64,000 nucleotides of DNA from Rickettsiales bacterium. Its GTDB lineage: Bacteria > Pseudomonadota > Alphaproteobacteria > Rickettsiales > JABIRX01. Shown piece by piece: positions 40,401-49,057 of the stretch. A program made the translations under genes and the position numbers. The stretch covers positions 52,813 to 116,812 of the forward strand of contig CBDCUE010000012.1 of NCBI GenBank assembly GCA_965222515.1, written 5' to 3'. A model generated the notes under the pieces. It was not told where the DNA came from. It made no database searches and saw only the letters and a list, made by a program, of their open reading frames with translations. How positions within the stretch are numbered: the first letter of the stretch is position 1; each line of letters starts with the position of its first letter.

Positions 40401-41897
40401 GTAACAGATACTAGTCAAATTAAATTTGTAGCTGATGATAGTGCTATTATAAGCACCGACACAGGAGATGATATGGTTGTTGCTTTAGAAGATAGACCAG
40501 GATCAACTATCATAAGTACTCCAGTAATTACAACAAGTGTTAAAGATTCTTCAGGGAATGATGTAGCTGCAGTTCAAAACAATGATACTACTGTTGCTGG
40601 AGCAGTACACAATCAAAGAATTATATATGTAGATAGTTCAGTTGAAGAAAGTGGAATTGGAACCGTAGAAAGACAATATAAAACATTACAGGAAGCTCAA
40701 AATAATTCAAAAGCATATGATATAATTTATGTTGCTTATGGAAATGGAGATAACTATGGAGGAATAACTTTGAAAGATAATCAAAAAATATTTGGTTCAG
40801 CAACTGAAGTTACTTTAGGAGATGTTTTGAGTGACCCTATTGGAAATTCTTCTACAGATCCTAATGCTTCTATAGCAATAATTGCTCAAGGGCTAGGTAC
40901 TACAACAACTATAGACCCTAATGCAGGAACAGACATATCAGGAAATGTCAGTAAAATAGGTGCCGTTAGATTTGCTAATAATGCTAATAATATTCTGATT
41001 CAAGGATTAGAAATTATAGGTGGTAGCACAGAGGCAATTTTAGCTGAGAATAAGATTGGTCTAGCTGTTAAAAATAATAAGATTACTAATTCTGGTTATG
41101 GAGTATATATTAGTAATGATGTAGCAGGTGCATATGAATATGATATTTCAAATAATTATATTGCAGGTCATGAGAATTCTGGTGTGTTTATTAACACAAC
41201 TGAAACAGGTTTAGATTTTGATGTAACAATTAATACATCAGGAAATACTATTATTGATAATGAGCAATATGGTATTGTGAATAGGTTTAAAGGAACAACT
41301 GGTTCTGTTAATCTAGTTACTATAGAAAATAATATTATCAACAGTAATTTTGATTCTGGCATATTATTAGAGGGGCAAAACAACACTATTTCTACATTTA
41401 ATGTATTAAATAATACATTAAATAACAATGGAAATAATTCTATTGCTTTACGAGCTAATATTAATGCACAGACTAATGGAGATATAGAAGGAAATACGAT
41501 TTCTTATACATTAGATAGCAATGATTACCTTTTAAACTCTAGTGGAGCAACAATGTATAAACTAATTAATGTAAATACAGCTGACATAGAAGCTAATAGA
41601 AATTATGTAACAATAACAAATGCTTTGTATTTCTCAGTCAATAATTTTTCTAGTAATGCAATTCTTACATATGATGTAAATAGCAATACAATTACTATGC
41701 CAACCAATTACGAGCCTGCTGGTGTTAGCACTTCTATTAATGCTATTAATTCTATAATTGGCCCTGATTTCACTGCTACTGGTACTATAACATTAAGTAC
41801 TGATGGTAATAATGTTGTAATTGGAGATGTTTTAATAGAATCAGGTAGCATTGATAATTTTGATGATGCTACCAATGATTGTAGTAACGGTTGTTAG
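37419..41897 (+). CDS. Giant surface protein A: signal peptide + Lys-rich repetitive region + intimin/invasin-like (inverse autotransporter) beta-barrel + beta-helix passenger
   Basis: The ATG at 37419 ('MESITKRIVDMLVSRICIISLLLSLSLTEISFA|KEKK') aligns with the paralogue's start (the ORF track uses GTG 37410). The K-rich region spans ~37520-39330. The barrel segment 39399-40419 contains 'ELFLPLLQDKKNLVFADIRGW..NLGLGYRHLY..FGAYGFFDQR..FGAELLTKKYDFRANYY' and 'LDGFDLE'. The C-terminus has 'NNKITNSGYGVYISN', 'NNYIAGHENSGVFIN' and 'GNTIIDNEQYGIVN' repeats. Confidence 0.75.
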   Translation: MESITKRIVDMLVSRICIISLLLSLSLTEISFAKEKKNSKKTFLAQKNNKIKKAKIEKKAQAKLKKKQDKLIKKKAKARLKRIKKIQKEREKLAKKSRKPRKIKKSPQSKQAKAQVKLDKTRLKRIKQTQKKQERLEKKSKKIAQLSQIKKTKEQKKIAKKRKKQAIDNVQTRKDIANTRLIVGKERRRLNKIEKDIVFRERKLIRKENALEKEKIIFAKKKLKTNRKYPRQFTIEKLTKEKYRINIELIEINNELVYIKKQRVELDKKKMFFEKEKKDQKKIIDKTFLDKKIAILDKKKKILNDKKKILDGQKSSLIKNRKKLGQKKFLAKKAKIEKKEKKITKAKIKLLKKYNELGKNKTIITKKTKTVKNKLTLAKDNLQADIKGLNREEKRLKIKKLEIIKERTKLSKKKAITIKQVVLSNAEFKKKLAIIIQKEKKLEKKEQELAKEKRSFRDLDLKNSKKSQIKKKKESVKEIAKITKQEIILDKKLAQLKKKKIFLKKEKLSKKKLFKEKNKLKKEELKLRRDKNKLKQQKIVINRKSFLTKGPEKDSNKQKKLNTKKLKLKQEKISLIKQKKSSKSFTTRNFLQEKLAQEKEILSAKIVIIEQERENLEKDKADLREHRKFLALNNKPMNYHTRVAKEETAELYNRYVGDITYSPRIDWNYKVGNKRDLTRTELFLPLLQDKKNLVFADIRGWSDDDNTDEGNLGLGYRHLYNNKFVFGAYGFFDQRTTKNKNEFKQNTFGAELLTKKYDFRANYYLSGQDKKLITSAKHTSIYNTLGERFSNGEIAISSSEAILTEETVVNCIGVCVAGNNIYTKTENLDVTVAETRTITRFGEQYSSDIYVNQQTGSLNNYEYSLDGFDLEAGANFTFLEDISFFKKSKFLKKAKPILEDIKILFAYYSFYNDDVNIDISGFRVRTEIDLLNNIEKNNKHKLFLEAELSNDNVRDNISFIGFKYSLNFGNSRKNRKLSKLEERMTEAVIRDIDIVTDTSQIKFVADDSAIISTDTGDDMVVALEDRPGSTIISTPVITTSVKDSSGNDVAAVQNNDTTVAGAVHNQRIIYVDSSVEESGIGTVERQYKTLQEAQNNSKAYDIIYVAYGNGDNYGGITLKDNQKIFGSATEVTLGDVLSDPIGNSSTDPNASIAIIAQGLGTTTTIDPNAGTDISGNVSKIGAVRFANNANNILIQGLEIIGGSTEAILAENKIGLAVKNNKITNSGYGVYISNDVAGAYEYDISNNYIAGHENSGVFINTTETGLDFDVTINTSGNTIIDNEQYGIVNRFKGTTGSVNLVTIENNIINSNFDSGILLEGQNNTISTFNVLNNTLNNNGNNSIALRANINAQTNGDIEGNTISYTLDSNDYLLNSSGATMYKLINVNTADIEANRNYVTITNALYFSVNNFSSNAILTYDVNSNTITMPTNYEPAGVSTSINAINSIIGPDFTATGTITLSTDGNNVVIGDVLIESGSIDNFDDATNDCSNGC

Positions 41898-41940
41898 ATA
41901 AAAAGTAAGAATTTATTAATAGAATCCATAGTTTCTATGC

Positions 41941-41968
41941 GATTCTTAATAAGAATCTCATTTTTTTT
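41941..41968 (+). terminator. Possible intrinsic terminator of gene A
   Basis: 'GATTCTT AAT AAGAATC' (7-bp stem) followed by TCA and T8. The stem is AT-rich and weak, and the T-run overlaps the next -35 box. Confidence 0.4.
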
Positions 41969-41995
41969 GACAAGATTTAAAAAAAATGTTACTAT
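41967..41995 (+). promoter_or_regulatory. Candidate sigma70-type promoter with extended -10
   Basis: TTGACA (41967-41972), a 17-nt spacer 'AGATTTAAAAAAAATGT', then TACTAT (41990-41995). It lies 35 nt upstream of the ATG at 42030. Confidence 0.5.
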
Positions 41996-42029
41996 AAGTA
42001 GTAACTATTAACTTTTAAAAGTAGTTTAT

Positions 42030-45000
42030 ATGAAGTCTATAAAAAAAATGTTGGATATGTTAATATCCAGAATATGTATAATATCTTTATTATTATCTTT
42101 GTCTTTGGTTGATATATCTTTTGCTAAAGAAAAGAAGAATGCAAAAAAAACTTTTTTAGTAAAAAAACAAGCTAAACAAGCTAAGATAGAAAAAAAAGCA
42201 CAGGCTAAATTGAAAAAACAACAAGCTAAAATAGCAAAGAAAAAAGTGAAAGAAAGATTAAAAAGAATTAAAAAAGCTCAAAAGGAAAGATTAGCAAAAA
42301 AATCCAAAGCACCAACAAAAGTTAAAAGAAGTAAAAAAACAACTCAGCCAAAAAAAACTAAACAACAAACTAAGTTAAAAAAACAGCAAGCACAAAAGCA
42401 AGCTAAGTTAAAAAAACAGCAAGTGCAATTAGCGAAGGAAAGAGTGAAAAAAAATAATCAAAGAGAGAAAGCAATATTGAAAACAAAATCTAAAAGTGAA
42501 ATTTTGATAATATATAAAAAAAGAAACTTGAGCCAGTTAAAAAATAAAATAGCAAGTACAGAAAAAAATGTGATCCAGAAAGAAAAAACATTGGCACAAG
42601 AAAAAATATTTTTGAAAAAAGAACAATTGAAATTTGGAATTAAACAAGGATTTACTAAAAAACAATTGCTTCAGAAAAAAACAAATCTTCGAAAAAAAAT
42701 AATTACTTTAAATAAAAAAATAAAAGAGATAAAGGAAAAAAAAGCAACTTTAGATAAAAAGAAATTATCTTTAATAAATAAAAAACCAACCAAAACAAAT
42801 GTAGGAAAATTAAATAAAAAAAGAGCTTTATTAATAAAAAAAGCAAAAAAATTGGATGAGAAAGAGCAAGTTATAATTAAGCAAGAACAAGAGCTAGCTA
42901 AAAAAAGAAAAAGCTTATCTAATAAGATAGCTGTGTTAGCAAGAAAAAAAGTGGTAAAAAGTAAAAAATCTCAACTTCTAAAAGAAAAAGCAAAATTACT
43001 AAAAGAGAAAACGAAACTACAAAAAGAAAATCTTAAATTAAAAACAGCTAAGCAAGAAGTTGCTAAACAAAAAAATCTTTTAATTAAAGAAAAAAACAAA
43101 TTAAAAATAGCAAAACCTGTTACAACTAAAGCAAAAGTAAATACAGAAAAATTTGATAAAGAAAGAGCAAAATTAAATAAACAAGAGATTAAATTAAATA
43201 CAGAAAAAAGAGAAATTATAAAAAAAATAGCTATCTTAAATAAAGAGCAACCTATTGAGCTGGTAGCAAAACAGAAATTTGGTCTAACCGTAGCAGCATT
43301 GAATGCTAAAATATCTAAAATTGCTAAACAAGAAAAATCCTTAGTAAGCAAAACTGCTTTTTTAAGTAAGGCAAAAATAAATTTATCAAAAAGAAAAAAT
43401 AAATTTAGAGAGCAAAAAGAACAATTAGCAAAAGAGCAATCATTAGAGATAAAAAAAAAAAGAAAAGCAAAAATCATTGCAGATAATAAAATAGCAGCAG
43501 AGACAACTAGATTAATTCAAGCAACAAATAAAATCATAATTAGAGAAAAAGAATTTTTTAGAAAAGAAAAAATATTAAGACAAGACACAATAACATTAAA
43601 AAAAGATCAGTTAAAATTTGATATAAAACAACCTAAAAAATTGACTAAAAAAGATATTGCTAAGAAAAAAACAAATCTAAAAGTTAGATTAACAAAATTA
43701 AACAAAGAGCTTACAGAGGTAAAAAAACAAAAAGAAGAGCTAGATAAAAAGAAATTACTTTTAGTAGAAGGTGATAAAGTAACAGGAATAGACAGAAGTA
43801 AAAGTTTTAAGTTAATTAATAAAGCAAGAAAGCTAGCTAAGAAAGAACAAGGGGTGATTAAGAAAGAGCAAGATTTAGTTAAGAAAAAACAAAACTTATC
43901 CCAAAAAATAGCTATTTTAAAAAAGAATAAAAAAAGAGTTTTTAAAACAAAAAACAAAGTGGCTCAAGCAAAAATTGTAAAAGAACAAACAAAATTACAA
44001 AAAGAACAAAATAAATTACAAAAAGAAACTGTTAAATTAATAAAACAGAAGAAAGAAATTTCTAAAGAAAAAAAACTTTTAATTAAAGAAAAAGCTAAAC
44101 TAAAAAAACTTTTAATTAAAGAAAAAGCTAAACTAAAAAAACCAGTTAGAAAAATAAGCAAAGAGATATTAGCTAAAAAAAGATCTAAAATAGTAAAAGA
44201 AAAATCTAAGTTAAACAAACAAGAAATTGAATTAAATGGAGAAAAAAGAAAAATTATAAAAGAGATAGCTAGATTGAATAAGCAAAAATCAGTAAAACCA
44301 CGAATAAAGAAAACATTTGGTCTTACTAAACTAGAATTGAATAATAAAATAGCTAAGATCACTAGACAAGATAAAACATTATCAACAGAAATAACTATAT
44401 CAAAAAAGGAAAGAGTAGTATTAAAGAAAGATAAAGCTAGGTTAAAAAAACAAAAAACATTTTTTGCAAAAAATAGAGTAGCAATGAAAGGAGTCAGTGA
44501 AGAAGTTTATAGAAATATAAAACTAGGAGAAAAAAAAGCTAAAAACAGAATTCTGGTAGCAAAAGAGAAAGAAAGATTTTTGCAGGTAAAAAACAAAATA
44601 ACTATTAGAGAAAAAGAATTAATAAAAAAAGAAAGAGCATTAAAAAAAGAAAAAACAATATTAAGAAAAGAACAATTAAAATTTGGCACAAATAAACCAA
44701 AAAAATTAACTCAAAAAGAATTTTCTAAGAAACAAAAAAAACTTAATGCTAGATTAACTATTTTGAATAAAGAATTAATAGATATAAAAAAACAAAATGA
44801 TAAATTAGCTAAAAAAAAATTATCTTTTTTTAGAAATACAAAAAAACTAGATAAAGGAAGAATTAAATTAATAAATAAAGCAAATAAATTAGCTAAAAAA
44901 GAGCAGGATGTAAATAAGAAGGAACTAGATTTATCTCAAAAAAGAAGAACTTTGTCTAAAAAGATTTCTGTTTTAGTAAAAAATAAAAAGAGAGTTTTTA

Positions 45001-47906
45001 AAACAAAAAATAAAACTGCTAAAGCAAAGATTTTAAAAGAACAATCAAATCTACAAAAAGAGCAAAAGAAATTACAAAAAGAAACTTCTAAGTTAAAAAC
45101 AGTAAAAAAAGAAATTGTTAAACAAAAAACTCTTCTAATTAAAGAGAAAGCAAAATTAAGAACAAAAAAACCTACTACAGCTAAAATAAACCCACAAAAA
45201 CTCGCTAAAGAAAAAGCGAAAATAGGTCAGGCAAGAGCAAGATTAAATAAACAAAGAATTGAATTAAATGTAGAAAAAGCAAAAATTATACAAAGAATTG
45301 CTAGCTTAAATAAGCAAAAACCAAGGAAACAAATAAAAAGGTTTGGTTTAAGAAGAGAGGAATTTAATAAAAGAATACTTCAAATTGCTAGAAAGAAAAA
45401 AGAATTAACAAAAAAAACTCTTTTATTAACAAAAGAAAGGGCTGATTTAGAAAATGATAAATCTATATTAAAAGAGCAAATAATATTTTTAGCAAAATTC
45501 AACAAGCCAATAGATAGAAGTAATATAGAAATTGCAAAAGAAAACACTTCTAAACTCATAAAAGAAACTGCTCAAGCTATAAAGAAAACTTCAATGGCAA
45601 CAAAAGATTATTATAATAAAAGCATAAATTCTTACTATGCTCCAAGAATAGATTTTAATTATAAATTAGGAAATGAAAGAAATTTAGCTAGAACAGAATT
45701 ATTTGTTCCTTTATGGCAAGATAATAAAAATATAATCTTTTCGGATATAAGAGGTTGGAGTGATAATAATGATACAGTTGAAGGAAATATAGGATTAGGT
45801 TATAGACATTTATATGGTGATATTTATGGTGATAAATTTATTTTTGGTGCTTATGGTTTTTTTGATCAAAGAAATACAGAAAATAAGAAAAAGTTTAAAC
45901 AACAAACTTTTGGAGCGGAGATTTTAACTAAAAAATATGATCTTAGAGCAAATTATTATTATACTGGGCAAAAAAAAATACTTATCTCTTCTGCAATTGG
46001 TATTTTACAACAAAACATAACATTTGAAGGTAGCTTTGGTAACAATACTGGTAGATTTAATCAAGCTAGTAGAAACACAAAAACATTAGGTACAAGTGCT
46101 GTTGCAAGCACTTCTTGTGTGGGTGCTTGTGTAATAGGAAATGACATATATGAGTCCAATGGTAATGTAAGCGGAAATATTACAGAGCAAGAATTAACAG
46201 TTACATATAACGAAGAAATTGAATATTATACATATAATCAAGATACTACACAATCTGGTTCATTCAATAATTTTGAATATAGTTTGGATGGTTTTGATTT
46301 AGAAATAGGAACAAAACTTTCTGCTTTAAGGGATATTCCTTTTCTTAAATATAAATATTTTTTACATAAAATAGAACCAGTTCTAGAAGATATAAAAATA
46401 TCATTAGCATATTATAATTTCTATAATAATGATGCAAATATAGATGTTGATGGTTTTAGAGTAAGATCAGAAATTGACTTGTTGGATAATGTAGAAAAAA
46501 ACAACAGACATAAATTGTTTCTAGAAGCAGAATATTCTAAAGATAAACTAAGAAATGAGATTACTTTTTTTGGTCTTAAATATAGTCTAAATTTTGGTAA
46601 TATTAAAAATAATAATAAATTATCAAAATTAGAAGAAAGAATGACAGAGGCTATAATTAGAGATATTGATATTGTAATTGATACTCAGGAAAGATTTATA
46701 TCTGATGGAAGTGAAACAATTATTAACAATAGTAATATTGTAGCTACAAGAATAGCAACAGAAGATAGACCAGACAGAACTGAACAATATAAAGTAACCA
46801 CCACTACCATAACAGATAATATTGGTAATGTTATAGATGCTGTCAAAACTAATGAAAATGTTGTATTAGGAGGCACGGCCCAAAATCAAGCAATCTATTT
46901 TGTAGATTCTACTACAACAACAGCAGAAGAAGACCAAAATGGAACAAGAGCTAATCCTTACAATAGCTTAGAAGAAGCAGTGGAGGCTGGAGGAGCATAT
47001 TCTGCTATTTATTTAGAATATGCAGGGGGAGCTAACTATGGTGATGTAACAACTCTATATGAGAATCAAAAATTATTTGGAACTGGCTCTGATGTAACTT
47101 TAGGACAGATTTTAGGTGATGCAAGTTTAAATAATACTATATTAATTGATGTTTCATCTAACAACACAAGCAATAGCAACACTGTTGGTAATACTCTTAG
47201 CAACACTTTTAGTCAAAAATCAACAGCAGTTTCTACAATAGGAAGTATTATAGCTTCTAATAATAGCAGAATACAAGGTTTGAATATAGTAGTTAATAAT
47301 AATTCAATTGGAATTGATATTAATAATACAACAGGAGTTATTGTTAATAATAATAGAATAGTAGGACAAGGAAATAATTCAGTTGGTAATTATGGTATAA
47401 GAATTAGAGGAAGTTCCAACAATCCTTTAACAAATACCATAGTAAATAATGAAATTATTGATAATTACAATGCTTTATCTATTGAATCAAGTAATAGTGC
47501 TAATCTAGCTACTAATATATCTTATAATTATTTAAGAGGAATAGCAAATAATACCTTATTGAATGATGATGATTTTGACATTGCTACATTTACTTTCTCT
47601 GTAAATATTTCTGATAGTTCAACATCAAACATAGCTGTAAATCATAACGATCTTATTGGTACTGATGGTATAACTACAAATACTAATATGATAAGAGTTA
47701 TTAATAGTAGTTCAGCAACAAATTCACTATCTTATAGTGCTAGCAATAATAATAGTATTGGAGCTTATTATATCGACATAGTGAGTGGTACTGTCCTATC
47801 AAATGGTTTTAATAATAATTCAAGTGCATTCTCTAGTCCAAACTCTCTATCATCATCTGGAGGTGGCATTGTAATTCATAATTATGATAATCCTAATAAT
47901 TACTAA
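42030..47906 (+). CDS. Giant surface protein B: paralogue of A with a triplicated Lys-rich module, inverse-autotransporter-like beta-barrel and beta-helix passenger
   Basis: Signal peptide 'MKSIKKMLDMLISRICIISLLLSLSLVDISFA|KEKK'. The K-rich region spans aa ~33-1160 (nt ~42126-45509). The barrel and linker span aa ~1203-1550 (nt ~45636-46679) with 'ELFVPLWQDNKNIIFSDIRGW..NIGLGYRHLY..FGAYGFFDQR..FGAEILTKKYDLRANYY' and 'LSKLEERMTEAIIRDIDIV'. The passenger contains 'NPYNSLEEAVEAGGAYSAIYLEYAGGANYG' and N/I/G-rich beta-helix-like repeats. Confidence 0.75.
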   Translation: MKSIKKMLDMLISRICIISLLLSLSLVDISFAKEKKNAKKTFLVKKQAKQAKIEKKAQAKLKKQQAKIAKKKVKERLKRIKKAQKERLAKKSKAPTKVKRSKKTTQPKKTKQQTKLKKQQAQKQAKLKKQQVQLAKERVKKNNQREKAILKTKSKSEILIIYKKRNLSQLKNKIASTEKNVIQKEKTLAQEKIFLKKEQLKFGIKQGFTKKQLLQKKTNLRKKIITLNKKIKEIKEKKATLDKKKLSLINKKPTKTNVGKLNKKRALLIKKAKKLDEKEQVIIKQEQELAKKRKSLSNKIAVLARKKVVKSKKSQLLKEKAKLLKEKTKLQKENLKLKTAKQEVAKQKNLLIKEKNKLKIAKPVTTKAKVNTEKFDKERAKLNKQEIKLNTEKREIIKKIAILNKEQPIELVAKQKFGLTVAALNAKISKIAKQEKSLVSKTAFLSKAKINLSKRKNKFREQKEQLAKEQSLEIKKKRKAKIIADNKIAAETTRLIQATNKIIIREKEFFRKEKILRQDTITLKKDQLKFDIKQPKKLTKKDIAKKKTNLKVRLTKLNKELTEVKKQKEELDKKKLLLVEGDKVTGIDRSKSFKLINKARKLAKKEQGVIKKEQDLVKKKQNLSQKIAILKKNKKRVFKTKNKVAQAKIVKEQTKLQKEQNKLQKETVKLIKQKKEISKEKKLLIKEKAKLKKLLIKEKAKLKKPVRKISKEILAKKRSKIVKEKSKLNKQEIELNGEKRKIIKEIARLNKQKSVKPRIKKTFGLTKLELNNKIAKITRQDKTLSTEITISKKERVVLKKDKARLKKQKTFFAKNRVAMKGVSEEVYRNIKLGEKKAKNRILVAKEKERFLQVKNKITIREKELIKKERALKKEKTILRKEQLKFGTNKPKKLTQKEFSKKQKKLNARLTILNKELIDIKKQNDKLAKKKLSFFRNTKKLDKGRIKLINKANKLAKKEQDVNKKELDLSQKRRTLSKKISVLVKNKKRVFKTKNKTAKAKILKEQSNLQKEQKKLQKETSKLKTVKKEIVKQKTLLIKEKAKLRTKKPTTAKINPQKLAKEKAKIGQARARLNKQRIELNVEKAKIIQRIASLNKQKPRKQIKRFGLRREEFNKRILQIARKKKELTKKTLLLTKERADLENDKSILKEQIIFLAKFNKPIDRSNIEIAKENTSKLIKETAQAIKKTSMATKDYYNKSINSYYAPRIDFNYKLGNERNLARTELFVPLWQDNKNIIFSDIRGWSDNNDTVEGNIGLGYRHLYGDIYGDKFIFGAYGFFDQRNTENKKKFKQQTFGAEILTKKYDLRANYYYTGQKKILISSAIGILQQNITFEGSFGNNTGRFNQASRNTKTLGTSAVASTSCVGACVIGNDIYESNGNVSGNITEQELTVTYNEEIEYYTYNQDTTQSGSFNNFEYSLDGFDLEIGTKLSALRDIPFLKYKYFLHKIEPVLEDIKISLAYYNFYNNDANIDVDGFRVRSEIDLLDNVEKNNRHKLFLEAEYSKDKLRNEITFFGLKYSLNFGNIKNNNKLSKLEERMTEAIIRDIDIVIDTQERFISDGSETIINNSNIVATRIATEDRPDRTEQYKVTTTTITDNIGNVIDAVKTNENVVLGGTAQNQAIYFVDSTTTTAEEDQNGTRANPYNSLEEAVEAGGAYSAIYLEYAGGANYGDVTTLYENQKLFGTGSDVTLGQILGDASLNNTILIDVSSNNTSNSNTVGNTLSNTFSQKSTAVSTIGSIIASNNSRIQGLNIVVNNNSIGIDINNTTGVIVNNNRIVGQGNNSVGNYGIRIRGSSNNPLTNTIVNNEIIDNYNALSIESSNSANLATNISYNYLRGIANNTLLNDDDFDIATFTFSVNISDSSTSNIAVNHNDLIGTDGITTNTNMIRVINSSSATNSLSYSASNNNSIGAYYIDIVSGTVLSNGFNNNSSAFSSPNSLSSSGGGIVIHNYDNPNNY

Positions 47907-47989
47907 TATTATTTCTAATAACTATTTTTATAAAAAGGCACTCTAATACTATTATAGTATAATTTATAAAAATAGTATAATACTCTCCT

Positions 47990-48931
47990 TTAGACACTTA
48001 AATTTATAGACTCACAACCTTTCAAAAATTCTTCTATACTCATTCTTTTTTTCCCCTCTTTCTGTAAAACCATAGGTTGTATTAGTCCGTTAGAGCAATA
48101 AATAGAGAAATTTTCTAGTTTTATTTCTCCACATTCTTTTTGATGCTCTTTTTCTATAAATTTGGCAACAAATATTTTTATTCTTTTTTCTTTGAAATAA
48201 AAAAAACTGCAAGGAAAGGGATTTAAACCCCTGATTAAATTCAAAATTTTTTCTCCAGAAGAAGAAAAATCAATTTCAGCTTCTTTTTTAGTTATTTTAT
48301 TAGCATAATTTATTCTTGTTTTGCTTTGAGGAATGGCTTTTGAATTTTTATAATTATTTATTAGTTCCAACATCAAATCTCCTCCCATTTCTGCTGTTTG
48401 ATTATGTAATTCCAAAAAATTCATATTTTGAGGAATATTTATTTTCTTTCTTAAAAAAACATCTCCCTCATCCAATCTAGCAGACATTTTCATAATGCAA
48501 ATTTCAGTTTCTTTATCTCCTGCCATCAAAGTTCTTTGCAATGGTGCAGCACCACGAAATCTTGGCAAACTTGAAGGATGCAAATTTAAAGCACAATATT
48601 TTGTAGCCTCCAATATTTTTTGTGGCAAAATCATACCATAAGCCACTACCACAATAAAATCAGCTTGAAAGCTTTTGATTTTTTCAATAATGTCTAAATC
48701 TTTTAAAGTTTTTGGAGTAAAAACAGGAATATCATTTTTCTCTGCTAAAATTTTTACAGGAGTTGCAGTTATTTTCTGACCTCTATTTTTAGGCCTATCC
48801 CACCTAGAAAAACAAGCAACAACATTATGATCTTCTATTAATTTTTTAAAACAGGGCAGAGCAAAATCCGGACTCCCCATAAAAATTATTTTTTTTTTAG
48901 TTAAGCTTGTATTTAGCATATTGGCAATCAT
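47990..48931 (-). CDS. fmt: Methionyl-tRNA formyltransferase
   Basis: 'KKIIFMGSPDFALP', 'HPSSLPRFRGAAPLQRTLMAGDKETEICIM'. The ORF-track start (GTG 49054) adds ~41 implausible residues, so the ATG at 48931 (or 48919) fits the usual Fmt length better. Confidence 0.85.
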   Translation of the reverse strand: MIANMLNTSLTKKKIIFMGSPDFALPCFKKLIEDHNVVACFSRWDRPKNRGQKITATPVKILAEKNDIPVFTPKTLKDLDIIEKIKSFQADFIVVVAYGMILPQKILEATKYCALNLHPSSLPRFRGAAPLQRTLMAGDKETEICIMKMSARLDEGDVFLRKKINIPQNMNFLELHNQTAEMGGDLMLELINNYKNSKAIPQSKTRINYANKITKKEAEIDFSSSGEKILNLIRGLNPFPCSFFYFKEKRIKIFVAKFIEKEHQKECGEIKLENFSIYCSNGLIQPMVLQKEGKKRMSIEEFLKGCESINLSV

Positions 48932-49057
48932 TTTAACATTTACACGAATTGTTTTTTTGTAGTTTATATTGAATGTAGTATATTGACAATCATTAGCTAT
49001 CTTAAAATTTTTTTTAAAAAAATTAAAATTCAAACTAAAAAGAAGAAACTCCACAAA

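Noticed and set aside
42971-44689. Antisense ORFs 42971..43477, 43607..43957, 43964..44362 and 44507..44689 inside giant gene B
   Set aside because: This is the same artefact of the poly-purine coding strand. The translations are low-complexity F/L/S strings.
42100-45600. Possibility that the repetitive 42-45 kb region is a CRISPR array or non-coding satellite
   Set aside because: The repeats are ~1 kb, diverged, and keep one long open reading frame. There are no short direct repeats separated by unique spacers.
48932-49054. N-terminal 41-codon extension of fmt in the ORF track (GTG start)
   Set aside because: The extension ('MEFLLFSLNFNFFKKNFKIANDCQY...') is not Fmt-like and would make the protein too long. 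The conserved 'KKIIFMGSPDFA' begins right after the internal ATGs.
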